Assembly (NCBI GenBank): GCA_000708835.1
Contig: DF237545.1
Span: forward strand, 1-43,540
Reading direction: 5' to 3'
DNA length: 43,540 bases
From: Klebsormidium nitens
Taxonomy: Eukaryota > Plantae > Klebsormidiophyceae
Positions 1-11,092 of the stretch are shown one piece after another. A program made the position numbers and the translations under genes. A model generated the notes under the pieces. It was not told the DNA's origin, made no database searches, and saw nothing but the letters and a program-made list of their open reading frames with translations. The stretch's first letter is position 1. Each line of letters opens with the position of its first letter.

Positions 1-460
1 AATCATCCCGAACGGTGGCAAAGGCTTTATAAGAGCCGATCCATCCGGGACATTAAATCGACTGGTTAGACAGCCCACAGAGCGTCGTTTAAGACGTAAC
101 CCCTGTCGTTTCGTTAACCTAATCGTTAACGAGAACCTGACGAGAACTAGACCGGGATCGGTCAGCTGTAATCGTCACAATGAGCACGTTAAAAGATAAT
201 CAAAGCATCGTGCCAGAACATATTGCAGTGGTGCACTGATCTCTGGAAGGAAATTCGGCCTTCCCGTCGCCTGAACATCAGGCTAAGTTGCAGAGTTAGG
301 CGAATCGAGCCGCCTTTTACCCCTGACCTAAACATCTCTGGATCTGCCCAATGCGTTGTACAGTACTGAGGAAAGAGGGGAGGAAAAGGGGCAAGCTTAA
401 TCAGGAATTTCACACTTCTTGCAGAATCATTGGTGCCTAGGCCGGCTCTACGTTACCTCA

Positions 461-566
461 AACCGGCTTCCATAGCCCCAACCCCTTGATAAAAAAGAGT
501 GCAAAATCCCAGAACCGGCTTCCACACACCCCAAACGAACTCGAAAGCGGCTCAAAACCGGCCTTC
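461..566. repeat. three dispersed copies of AACCGGC(C)TTC in the LRR gene intron
   Basis: Copies at 461, 513 and 556 with similar flanks (ctcaaa...cccca). Confidence 0.5.
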
Positions 567-707
567 ATGGCCCGCTCGGAAAGCCTTACGAAACTTTAGT
601 ACACCACTGTAAATGTGAAAAGTTGCAATATATACGCCATTGAAAAGGTTAAGATCTTCGTGCAAAGTATATGATATCTATTTTGAGTCAACCGAGCAAT
701 GACTCAC

Positions 708-2254
708 CTGTGAGAGCGGCGTTCTTGTACTGAACTCCCCCGAATTCTGCGGCGCCATCGCGCTATGACGACGATGGAGAAAGTCGCCAGCAGCAAAGCG
801 ACGGTGAAGGCGCCAAAGAGGGCCGCTGCAACCGCCTTTGCCTCGGGGTTGCTGCACAGATTGCCCGACTGGACCCGCGAGAAACCGACCCCCGTGTACG
901 CCCTCCCTTCGGGCCCCAGGTCAATCGTATCGACGAAGTCAGGGTCCGCCAAGTAGTACAACCCTTGCTCGTTCTTGAGGGTGTTGTTGAACCGGAATTT
1001 CTGATCATAGAGCTGATACGGAATGTCGCCGCCAATAAAGATTGAAATCCTACTCAAGCAGACCTTCCTTTTCGTGCTGCGGGACAGACTAGCCTCCGTT
1101 CCCGCTAGGCTCACTACACAGCCTGTAGAGCAAGCTCCCCAGAAGTTGATGCTTTCCAGGTGGGGATGGGAACCCGTCAAATTGACGAGTTTGCACGAGC
1201 TGGGCACCAACGAGAGATCCAGACTCTTGGTGGACTGGCTGCCAACAGGTTGAGCCAGGTAGGTAAGGTTGGTGTGTTTCAGCGAGGGGGGCGGCGAACA
1301 AGGAAGGCCTAATCTTGTCAGATTCTCAACCAGCGACAGGTTTACCTCTCTGCAAACCGTGTCCGTGAGATTATTACTGAAGAGGTAGAGGGTGACTAGT
1401 TTTGACAGGTTGCCGAGCGAGGGGGGAATTGGGCCGGAGAGGTTGTTGCCGCAGAGGAGGAGGTTAGTAAGATTTGACAGGTTGCCAAGCTCGGGCGGTA
1501 CGGGGCCAGAAAGTCTGTTGCTGTGGAGGTAGAGGTCGGAGAGGTTGGTCAGACTGCCGAGGTTGGCGGGGATAGGGCCAGAGAGCTGGTTGGAATCGAG
1601 GTGGAGATTGGTAAGTTGAGATAAGCTCCTCAGATCGGGAGGGATGCCACCAGAAAGTCTGTTGTTGAAGAGGGAGAGGTAGGTGAGGTTGGTGAGTTTA
1701 CAGAGCTCTTGTGTAATGGGGCCGGAGAGCCGGTTGCTGGCAAGGTCAAGGTATTGGACTTTGGTCAGGTTGCCTAGCTGGGAGGGTATGGGGCCAAAGA
1801 AGTTGTTGCTTCCAAGATAAAGCCCGGTGAGATTGGTGAGGCTACCAAGCTCCAAGGGGATGGGGCGTGAGCGGAGGCGGTTGAAGGAGAGGGAAAGGTA
1901 GGTAAGGTTAGTCAAAGTACGAAGCTCGGTGGGGACCGGCCCAGCAAGATTGTTGTAAGTGAGGTCAAGGTATGCGAGGTTGGTCAGGTTGCTAAGATGG
2001 GGGGGAATGGAACCATTGAAGGCATTGCTGGACAGGTTAAGATGAACCAGGTTAACGAGGTTTCCAAGTTCGGGAGGAATAGGGCCACAGAGGTTCTTGC
2101 CGGACAGGTTGATGAGAGTCTGGTTCCAGAGGGGCCCCTCGACCAGGTTGCCAAACTGCTCTATGGTTGCCGCGTGAACCCCGCCCATAACGCATCCGCA
2201 CAGGATAGTCAGAACCAGCATCCTAGCGCACAGGAGAGGCACAGCAACAGCCAT
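708..2254 (-). CDS. LRR receptor-like protein/kinase, ectodomain + TM exon; downstream exons (probably a kinase) lie left of the window
   Basis: Hydrophobic N-terminal signal (MAVAVPLLCARMLVLTILCGC, ATG at 2254). About 11 plant-type 24-aa LRRs (LxLxxNxLSGPIPxxLGxLxxL), about 170 aa of non-LRR sequence, then a TM helix (AVAAALFGAFTVALLLATFSIVVI) and basic stop-transfer RWRRR. The reading frame runs into a CAG|GTGAG donor at 708/707. The kinase domain is not visible, so kinase status is inferred. Confidence 0.85.
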
Positions 2255-2852
2255 TGTCACCCCCACGGAATGGGAAGGGTACCTGCAAGGTAAACCCCAT
2301 CACCTCAGAAAGGCATCCATACCCATTGGTAAATATGATCAGTCAGGGAATTAGCTTGCTCTTGCTGACAATGTTGCAATCTGCTTCAGGGCTCCTGCAA
2401 ACATGAAGCTGCATCTGCGGATTGTACTGCATTATTTGCGCATCACTAGGCATGTTCCTTCAAACATCTACTTTCCTATGGAACATTGATGTTTAGATTG
2501 GCCCGCAAAAGTGAATGGCCTTGACGGGGCGTGTTAACAAGCAATGCTGCGACTCAAACAAGGCTTTCAAGGGGGGACATCAATTTTTGCTGCCAAACAG
2601 GTGGAGTGGAAAATTGCTTGGTTCCGAAGAAATCCCAGTCGCAGAAGAACCAACCAAGCAGCAAAATCATTCAAGATAGCCATACCCGGTGGTAGGATCC
2701 CCTGCGCACACAAGTTGACAGCCCAATTACCTCCCCTCAAGCTCCGCTTCCTGTCTGCCGCCGAAGCTCTAGAGCTCCCTATACGACTAAACGAAGCTCC
2801 TAGCACTCCCACGATGCTTCACGAACTACAAAGGCCTATCCTGGACTCGGAG

Positions 2853-3076
2853 GTCGCAGAGTCGCGGTGAAAGTCGCGGACAAAAGTCGCGTAAGATCGC
2901 GGAAAGTCGCGTAACGTCGCGGAGCATTGCAAGCATCTAAACACAAAACTTGCTTGAAAACATGTTTCCTAAAGCTTAGTAAGGTTTTGGTGAAAGTCGC
3001 GAAGATCGCGAAACAAAGTCGCGGAGCAGTCGCGTAAAGTCGCGAAGAATCGCAGAAAGTCGCGCAACGTCGCGGG
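2853..3076 (+). repeat. two clusters of direct (G/A)TCGCG motifs, about 15 copies at about 10-nt spacing, separated by an AT-rich spacer of about 70 nt
   Basis: Read directly: gtcgcaga gtcgcggtga aagtcgcgga caaaagtcgc gtaagatcgc ggaaagtcgc gtaacgtcgc ... aagtcgc gaagatcgcg aaacaaagtc gcggagcagt cgcgtaaagt cgcg... Confidence 0.85.
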
Positions 3077-3899
3077 CAACTCTGGCAACCTCCGGGTCCC
3101 GGATAGGCCTCTACAAACAACGCCTGCGGCCTTTCTAAGTTTCTCGCCAGGTCCTCGTGATACCGACCGGAACTGTCTAAAGTGTACCCGTAGTCCAACG
3201 TGATAATTTCGACCGATTTTATTTCGAATTATTTTCCAACAATCCGACCAGGAAAGCGGAATTATTTATGCACATTCCGAAAACAATCCGAATGCCCTAT
3301 GTTCCCGGTAAGAAGGGGGTTTTAACTTTTAAGGCCGATTTTGGCCGCTTTGGGGCTTCTGAGGACCATTCTAGAATTATTTAACCTTTCCGAATTTCCA
3401 CTTCTATTAGGGACTGGTGAAATCGGAGTTATCAGACGGCCCGGGGGAAGCCTCCGGAATATTCTCCACCGTCCGATGAGACCCCCCGCCAGAATAAAAT
3501 TCGACTCGGAACACACTCGCGAACCAAATTAAGGACGGGGTAAAACCTCGTTTACATCGAAACCCGCAACGAATTCACTCGCGCCGCAAACGGCGGAACC
3601 TCGACCCACCGGGCACTGACCCCAGTCTGACCCCTCCCTGAACATCCGGAGCACACCTGCCACGTGGCATAACGAACAGAGACCGGGACCACTGAACGTG
3701 CCCTAGGTTCACTCGGAAAGTTACTGCTGGGCACGTTACGTGAGTCTCCCCGGTACATACCAATGACTTGGGTAGGAACCTCATGCCCAAGTCCAACTAG
3801 CAGTGCCATAATTTTGACATCTCAGTTTGACTGTTGTACGTAGAAACATGAAGTCCAAGACCAGCTAGCAGTCACCTTTTCAGGGCAAGGTAATGGTTT

Positions 3900-4041
3900 G
3901 AGCTCCCAGAACAAACCCTGGTGAGCTCCCATGTCCAACAGGGTTTGTTGAGCTCCCAGGTCCAACAGGGTTTGTTGAGCTCCCAGATCCAACAGGGTTT
4001 GTTGAGCTCCCAGGTCCAACAGGGTTTGTTGAGCTCCCAGG
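3900..4041 (+). repeat. 27-bp tandem repeat (GAGCTCCCAGGTCCAACAGGGTTTGTT) running into an assembly gap
   Basis: At least 4 near-identical units before the Ns at 4042. They are preceded by an inverted partial copy (AACAAACCCTG 3910-3920 vs CAGGGTTTGTT 3939-3949). Confidence 0.95.
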
Positions 4042-4784
4042 NNNNNNNNNNNNNNNNNNNNNNNNNNNNNNNNNNNNNNNNNNNNNNNNNNNNNNNNNNN
4101 NNNNNNNNNNNNNNNNNNNNNNNNNNNNNNNNNNNNNNNNNNNNNNNNNNNNNNNNNNNNNNNNNNNNNNNNNNNNNNNNNNNNNNNNNNNNNNNNNNNN
4201 NNNNNNNNNNNNNNNNNNNNNNNNNNNNNNNNNNNNNNNNNNNNNNNNNNNNNNNNNNNNNNNNNNNNNNNNNNNNNNNNNNNNNNNNNNNNNNNNNNNN
4301 NNNNNNNNNNNNNNNNNNNNNNNNNNNNNNNNNNNNNNNNNNNNNNNNNNNNNNNNNNNNNNNNNNNNNNNNNNNNNNNNNNNNNNNNNNNNNNNNNNNN
4401 NNNNNNNNNNNNNNNNNNNNNNNNNNNNNNNNNNNNNNNNNNNNNNNNNNNNNNNNNNNNNNNNNNNNNNNNNNNNNNNNNNNNNNNNNNNNNNNNNNNN
4501 NNNNNNNNNNNNNNNNNNNNNNNNNNNNNNNNNNNNNNNNNNNNNNNNNNNNNNNNNNNNNNNNNNNNNNNNNNNNNNNNNNNNNNNNNNNNNNNNNNNN
4601 NNNNNNNNNNNNNNNNNNNNNNNNNNNNNNNNNNNNNNNNNNNNNNNNNNNNNNNNNNNNNNNNNNNNNNNNNNNNNNNNNNNNNNNNNNNNNNNNNNNN
4701 NNNNNNNNNNNNNNNNNNNNNNNNNNNNNNNNNNNNNNNNNNNNNNNNNNNNNNNNNNNNNNNNNNNNNNNNNNNNNNNNNNNN
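4042..4784. other. assembly gap
   Basis: Run of N. Confidence 1.
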
Positions 4785-5072
4785 TAGGTCGGGACAGCCG
4801 GGACGGCTGGGACAGCCGGGGGACCCTTTCTGACCTCTAAAACGACTCGGGGACAGCGCGGTCAGCTGGGACAGCGTTTTGCGCCCTCGGAAGATTCCGA
4901 GAGAAAGTTTGGGGGTGTATTCAGGGTGGTATGGGTGGTTTCACAAACGAGGTCGTTTTTTCTATTTTCTGAGACTCTCGAAAGTGCTGTCCACGCTGAC
5001 GATGCTGTCCCCGACTCATTTATTTAATCGAAAAGGGGTACCAGGCTGTCCGAGCCGTCCCAGCTGTCTCTA
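4785..5072 (+). mobile_element. family-1 palindromic (GGGACAG/CTGTCCC) MITE-like element, copy A, left end lost in the gap
   Basis: Left arm GGGACAGCCGGGACGGCTGGGACAGCC...GACTCGGGGACAGCGCGGTCAGCTGGGACAGCG is an imperfect reverse complement (about 90 nt) of the right arm GTGCTGTCCACGCTGAC...CTGTCCCCGACTC...GGCTGTCCGAGCCGTCCCAGCTGTC. Confidence 0.7.
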
Positions 5073-5225
5073 GTCAAAGTCTCTTACTGCTTCTCTTGAT
5101 CATATAAAAGTATCAAGCAATGAGTAAGCAATCCGACACAGCCCATGCCGCTGCGCAGGGTGCACGAGAGCAGCAATCAGAGGACGCTCTTTCCTTCGAG
5201 GCCACCACACCGCAGGCGAGAACGT

Positions 5226-5515
5226 GCCACGTGTCAGCATCTGATGAGGCCAAACAGCCGGGACAGCTGGGACAGCCGGGAGACCCTTTCTGACCTCTCA
5301 AATGACTCGGAGACAGCGTGGTCAGCTGGGACAGCGTTTTGGTGTCGGGCCAGATTCTTAAAAAAGCTCTCGTATGGGTGGGTGTGCATTCAAGGTGGTA
5401 TGGGCAACTCAAATCTCAAATCTCCCAACTTCCGAAAACCCTGTCCTAGCTGACCACGCTGTCCCCAAGTGGTTTCAGAGTTCAAAAAGGGCTCCCCCAC
5501 TGTCCCAGCTGTTTC
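5226..5515 (+). mobile_element. family-1 palindromic element, copy B
   Basis: Starts GCCACGTGTCAGC, with a GGGACAG left arm and CTGTCCC right arm. Its right half is nearly identical to copy D. Confidence 0.7.
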
Positions 5516-5667
5516 TCATCATAGTCCTCTGATGGTTTTCTTAATGATACAAAACAGTAAGAAACAAGTGAGCAATTATATATGCAGGTCACAAGGAGGC
5601 AATCCATGGACGAATCCCCCTCTCCACAGGCCACTGCTGCAAAGGTAAGTTCTGCCTGTCGAGAGGT

Positions 5668-5785
5668 GCTACGTGTCAGCCTCTGATTGGCCGGGACAGC
5701 TGGGACTGCTGGGACAGCCAGGGAGCCCTTTTCGACCTCCGAAACCACTCGGGGACAGGGCGGTCAGCTGGGACAGCACTTTCAC
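5668..5785 (+). mobile_element. family-1 element, copy C (left arm only)
   Basis: CTACGTGTCAGCCTCTGATTGGCCGGGACAG...GGGACAGGGCGGTCAGCTGGGACAGC. No right arm is seen before the MSV199-like ORF. Confidence 0.6.
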
Positions 5786-5972
5786 TCTCTCTCAGATATT
5801 GCGAAAATGTCTTTTTTGCATTCGATGTGGTATGGGTCATCCAGATTTCACGCATAAAGGCATGAGGGAATTCACCCCTTGGTCAAGGGGATTGCATGAA
5901 AAGCGAGGACGCGCATTCTTATTCACGATATGTAACACAAATCTTCTTCGATCCTGAGGCTTCTGCCCCCGT

Positions 5973-6539
5973 TCACATATTGTACTCCTCAAAATATCCT
6001 GCTGCGTCTGTCTGGATCTGTTTTAGCATACATCGCAACTGTCTCTGCTTGAATCTTTCCATCTTGATCTGTGAGTATATCTGTTCTCGATAGCGCTTCT
6101 CGACCTCCATGTTCCAATTCTGCACGATCATTTGCGCTTGTTTCCTGTCTTTGCTCCGCTGCAGTTCTTGCGCTACCTCGTCACAACCTTCTCTGAACGC
6201 TCGGAAGAACAGCCGCACGTTGTCGCATGTCTCGCTCATTGCTACCATGGTGAAAGACTCGAAGGCAAAGGCAGTCATGTAGTGTTTGCGAACTGTGCGA
6301 GTTATTCTCACCGTGTAATCGACTCCTTCCTTAAAACCTTCGTGCTTTAGCTTGAGAATCCCGTCAGCTTTACTTGCGTACCCAACAAACCGCCAGACTT
6401 CATCAAGGTCGATCGGGAACTCGTTTCCCTCGTCGCTGAACGCCTTGAGAAAAACTGCAGCCAGGTTCTGATCGCCTTCGAACCTAGTTGCAGCCACTCG
6501 AGGATGCCCCAACACCGTCTGCAGGTCCATTGCCCCCAC
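5973..6539 (-). CDS. MSV199/KilA-N/AntA-like DNA-binding domain protein of large-DNA-virus type
   Basis: Intact, intronless 188-aa ORF. The motif FPIDLDEVWRFVGYASKADGILKL..GFKEGVDY resembles the FxIDLDxVWxWxGYxxKxxAxxxL...DY signature common in NCLDV proteins. The C-terminus is coiled-coil-like. Confidence 0.6.
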   Translation of the reverse strand: MGAMDLQTVLGHPRVAATRFEGDQNLAAVFLKAFSDEGNEFPIDLDEVWRFVGYASKADGILKLKHEGFKEGVDYTVRITRTVRKHYMTAFAFESFTMVAMSETCDNVRLFFRAFREGCDEVAQELQRSKDRKQAQMIVQNWNMEVEKRYREQIYSQIKMERFKQRQLRCMLKQIQTDAAGYFEEYNM

Positions 6540-6739
6540 CTAAGCGCCCTGTCTCGGATGTCTCCTCTCGGCACCATGGCGGTTCCTTATGACCCTCTCA
6601 CCCCAAGAATCCTCCCATGCCCAGATATGCCTTTGTTGTTCTCTGTTCAGGTCGACAAGAACACCGCTGCATTTGCGCGGGCTCAGGGGCATGAGGACGC
6701 TGCCACTGCTGCAGATGTAAGTTCTGCCTGTCTAGAGAC

Positions 6740-7025
6740 GCCACGTGTCAGCCTCTGATTGGTGGGGGACAGGTAGGACGGCCAAGACAGCCTGGGAGCC
6801 CGTTTTGACCTCTGAAACCACTCGAGGACAGGGCGGTCAGCTGGGACAGCGTTTTTGCTATCTCAGATATTGCAGGAAGGTCTCGGTGTATTCAAGGTGG
6901 TATGGGCAACCCGAATCTCAAATCTTCCAACTTCCGAAAACCCTGTCCTAGCTGACCACGCTGTCCCCAAGTGGTTTCAGAGGTCAAAAAGGGCTCCCCC
7001 ACTGTCCCACCTGTCCCAGCTGTTT
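6740..7025 (+). mobile_element. family-1 palindromic element, copy D
   Basis: GCCACGTGTCAGCCTCTGATTGG start, with both arms present. Confidence 0.7.
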
Positions 7026-7228
7026 CTCATCAGACTTGTCTAATGGTTTTCTTAATGAAACAAAAAGAGTAAGAAACAAGTAAGCAAATTTGTGCGCTAC
7101 CCGAACTTTTTGACGGACCTGTTGATAAGCCAGATCCAAGTCCAACCTGCAAGTACATTTCTCCCACTCCACGCAGGGCACGCAGAGACATCATATGCAG
7201 GCGACGCACGATCCGCAGGCCTTTGGTG

Positions 7229-8178
7229 NNNNNNNNNNNNNNNNNNNNNNNNNNNNNNNNNNNNNNNNNNNNNNNNNNNNNNNNNNNNNNNNNNNNNNNN
7301 NNNNNNNNNNNNNNNNNNNNNNNNNNNNNNNNNNNNNNNNNNNNNNNNNNNNNNNNNNNNNNNNNNNNNNNNNNNNNNNNNNNNNNNNNNNNNNNNNNNN
7401 NNNNNNNNNNNNNNNNNNNNNNNNNNNNNNNNNNNNNNNNNNNNNNNNNNNNNNNNNNNNNNNNNNNNNNNNNNNNNNNNNNNNNNNNNNNNNNNNNNNN
7501 NNNNNNNNNNNNNNNNNNNNNNNNNNNNNNNNNNNNNNNNNNNNNNNNNNNNNNNNNNNNNNNNNNNNNNNNNNNNNNNNNNNNNNNNNNNNNNNNNNNN
7601 NNNNNNNNNNNNNNNNNNNNNNNNNNNNNNNNNNNNNNNNNNNNNNNNNNNNNNNNNNNNNNNNNNNNNNNNNNNNNNNNNNNNNNNNNNNNNNNNNNNN
7701 NNNNNNNNNNNNNNNNNNNNNNNNNNNNNNNNNNNNNNNNNNNNNNNNNNNNNNNNNNNNNNNNNNNNNNNNNNNNNNNNNNNNNNNNNNNNNNNNNNNN
7801 NNNNNNNNNNNNNNNNNNNNNNNNNNNNNNNNNNNNNNNNNNNNNNNNNNNNNNNNNNNNNNNNNNNNNNNNNNNNNNNNNNNNNNNNNNNNNNNNNNNN
7901 NNNNNNNNNNNNNNNNNNNNNNNNNNNNNNNNNNNNNNNNNNNNNNNNNNNNNNNNNNNNNNNNNNNNNNNNNNNNNNNNNNNNNNNNNNNNNNNNNNNN
8001 NNNNNNNNNNNNNNNNNNNNNNNNNNNNNNNNNNNNNNNNNNNNNNNNNNNNNNNNNNNNNNNNNNNNNNNNNNNNNNNNNNNNNNNNNNNNNNNNNNNN
8101 NNNNNNNNNNNNNNNNNNNNNNNNNNNNNNNNNNNNNNNNNNNNNNNNNNNNNNNNNNNNNNNNNNNNNNNNNNNNNN
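7229..8178. other. assembly gap
   Basis: Run of N. Confidence 1.
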
Positions 8179-8629
8179 ATTCAAGACCGTAGGATGAGCA
8201 TCGTACGGCATATTTCAGGAGAGTAGGCCCACAAAAGTCGATTCCTAAGAATGAAACGTTTATAGCCTCGATTCGCCAAAGCATGTTCGTCCCGAGAGGG
8301 ACACCGGTGACAACCAAGCCGGAGGCGAGTGGTATGCAACACCGAAGGACGGACCTGCGAGAACCAAGCGGAGAAGACCCAAGTAGTTGCTAACACTGGA
8401 GGATGTAGATAGCCTCGAATGAACCTGGCGTTGCCAGGGGACGAGTCGGAGAGATGGCTCCGAGTCTCAGAAGCATGAGGGATTTGGTACTAGGCTAGAG
8501 GCGGGAGATAGCACGGTACACAGAAACATGAACAATGTTGCTCAAGTTTCATCCATCGGGTATAAGTTTAGGGAAGTTATTTTTTCTTCGAATCAAAATG
8601 CCAGTCAAAGCGTCGCATGGGCATGCCCT

Positions 8630-8745
8630 GCCACGTGTCGGCATCTGATTGGCTTGGCCAGCCGAGACAGCTGAGACAGCGGGGGGACACTTTCCGACCT
8701 CTCAAACCACTCAGGGACAGGGCGGTCAGCTGGGACAGCGTTTTG
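8630..8745 (+). mobile_element. family-1 element, copy E (left arm, degenerate right side)
   Basis: GCCACGTGTCGGCATCTGATTGG...GGGACAGGGCGGTCAGCTGGGACAGCGTTTT. Confidence 0.6.
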
Positions 8746-9469
8746 GGTGCGGTCGAGATTCGTGAGAAGCGGCTTGGTTCATTCGGGGCGGGATGGGGGA
8801 TATAAACAAGGAGGGATGTGCAAGTTTTGGAATAGCTCCCAACATCTCAAATCGTGCTGTCCTCTAGTCTTTTCAGAGGTCACAAGGACGCCCCAAACTG
8901 TCACAAGCCTTCCCAAATGTCTGTCTACTGCTTTCCGTACTTACGTCTGTCTCTTAGAGAAGATCGAGGGAGCTGCTCCCTGCATACAGACGTTTTGTTC
9001 ATATCTTTTGTGCAGGACGAAACCAATCTAGACGAGAGCACTGCTGTAGTTGCACCACGCGAGGAGAGATGTGCAGATCAGGGGGAGCAGGGGGTCGATC
9101 GCCTGTCGTCGCAGGCTGCGGTATCAGAGGTGAGTTGAAACGTTATCTGACCGTACGTCCTCGTGACTGCGAGTCGAGACAGGAGTGCCGTGTTGATGCA
9201 TCGGGGGTGCCACGTGTGAAACTCCCAGTCGTCCCAGCCGTCCTGATCAACTTTCTGTACTTAATATGTTGATCAATTCTTTCTAGTAGAAACGAAGCAC
9301 GATGTTCAGCTCCTTGTCCTCCTTCTCACGTGACTCTGTGCAGGATGCGATGAAGATAGACGAGAGCACTGCTGTGACAATGCGAGGCGAGGAGAGTTGT
9401 GCAGATCACGGCGAGCAGAGAGGCGATCACCCCACGCCGCATGCTGAGAGGTCAGAGGTAAGAATGGGT

Positions 9470-9772
9470 GCCACGTGTCACCAACTGATTGGTGGGACAG
9501 CCGAGACGGCTGGGACTGCCATGCACCCCTTTTGGACCCCTAAAAGCACTCGGGGACAGCGCGGTCATCTGGGACAGCGTTTTGCACCCTTCGGCAGATT
9601 TCGAGAAGAAAGTAGGGTGGTATGGGTGGTGTCGCAGACGAGGTGGTATGAGCAAGCTTTTCATTTTTTGAAAAACTCCTGAAAGTGCTGTCCACGCTGA
9701 CCACCCTGTCCCCGACTCATTTATCTAGTCAAAAAAGGGTACCAGGCTGTCCCAGCCGTCCCGGCTGTCTCT
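9470..9772 (+). mobile_element. family-1 palindromic element, copy G
   Basis: Full two-arm copy, closely similar to copies A and H. Confidence 0.7.
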
Positions 9773-10141
9773 ATTCAAAGTCTCTACTGCTTCTCTTAAT
9801 CAAATAAAAGTGTTAAGCAACGAGTAAGCGATCCGACACAGCCCATGCCGCTGCGCAGGGTGCACGAGAGCAGCAATCGGAGGCCGCCCCCATTACCGAG
9901 GCCGCCACACCGCACTTAATGGCGTCGAACGAGGTATGCCACGAGTTCGGACGCTCTGCACACTCCCACACAATAGCCCCCTGTCTCTCACTGTTTAAGA
10001 AAGGTGGTCCTATTCTGGCGTAGGTTGGCCACAAGGATTCGAAACCCGCTGAGCAAACCATGGGAGACTTGGTTCACCAGTAAAAAAATCGAACGAATCG
10101 CATGCCAACTGCAGCAAAGGTACGAGCATCTTGCGAACGGT

Positions 10142-10508
10142 GCCACGTGTCAGCAAATAATTGGTCGAGACAGCTGGGACGGCTGGGACAGCCGGGGGAC
10201 CCTTTCTGACCTCTGAAATGACTCGGGGACAGCGCAGTCGGCTAGGACAGCGTTTCTCACCCTTCGGTAGATTTTGAGAGAAAAGTAGGGTGGTATGGGT
10301 GGTGTCGCAAACGAGGTGGTATGAGCAAGCTTTTCATTTTTCCAGAAAACTCTTGAAAGTGCTGTCCACGCTGACCACCCTGTCCCCGACTCATTTATCT
10401 AGTCAAAAAGGGGTACCAGGCTGTCCCAGCCGTCCCAGCTGTCCCCGATCGACTCTACTCATTTTTTTCAATCGTTTCGAGAATATATGAATAGAGTTTG
10501 ACACGTGT
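10142..10508 (+). mobile_element. family-1 palindromic element, copy H, with CACGTGTCA...TGACACGTG outer termini
   Basis: Both arms present. Begins GCCACGTGTCAGC (10142) and is followed by TTTGACACGTGTC (about 10497-10509), the reverse complement of the start. Confidence 0.7.
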
Positions 10509-11092
10509 CTTTTGCCCTTCGATTGATACATAAGGAACCCGACGCACCTGGTTCGTCGCACCAGGCTCCGGTGGCGATGGAAGTGCAGCAGGAAGGGAGG
10601 GGTCTCAAGCGGCGTCGGTCGTTCGATGGGGGCCAGGTGAGTCGATGACCGCCACGTGTCGAATCCGCTTCGACGACTGAGTGGCCACCGCCATCCAGAT
10701 CTCTGAAAAGGAACAGGTGAGGTCCGCTTCAGAAGTAGAGGAAATATGACTGCGTCGTGATCTGCGAGAATCTAGTTTGCTCCCGACGCGGATCGCCCTC
10801 GACGAGACAAGGCCCCTCGTCTCACAGTGTCGCTCCGCCCATGTCGCAGAAGGCTCTCGCCCTGCGCTACAAAGCATGCGGGTATCCGGTATTCTCCGCA
10901 TCGATCTCCTGGGACGCCGCCAAGAACAAGAAGGTGCTCAGGATGCCCGATCGATGGCAGCGCTGCGACCTGCGAAACTGCCTGGCCTCTTTCTTCGACC
11001 CCATGGAGCCTGCCATCCTGATCAACACCACCACGTGCGACCTCGTAGCCCTCGACGCGGACGTCTGGACATGATGGGGGCATGTCCACTTT

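Larger units (their letters stand above)
5588..10636 (+). other. chain of short low-complexity (Ala/Glu/Gln/Ser) putative exons with canonical splice sites upstream of the Prim-Pol gene
   Basis: AG...GT-bounded segments at about 5588-5644, 6651-6716, 9017-9129 and 9343-9457, with further donors at 10120 and 10637. Segments 9017-9129 and 9343-9457 are paralogous (DESTAV...EE.CAD.GEQ...SE|GT). About 5120-5215 repeats at about 9820-9915. The joined frame is not fully resolved. Confidence 0.45.

Noticed and set aside
3198-3560. TCCGA/TCGGA-rich segment resembling a transposon subterminal region
   Set aside because: I could not find a consistent inverted partner or define ends by eye.
3822-4041. 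SSQVQQGLL / LDLGAQQTL repeat peptides
   Set aside because: These are translations of the 27-bp minisatellite, with no start context, splice support or domain evidence.
8179-8560. Possible retroelement/LTR fragment after the gap
   Set aside because: No recognisable gag/pol motif, PBS or paired LTR, and too little sequence to call.
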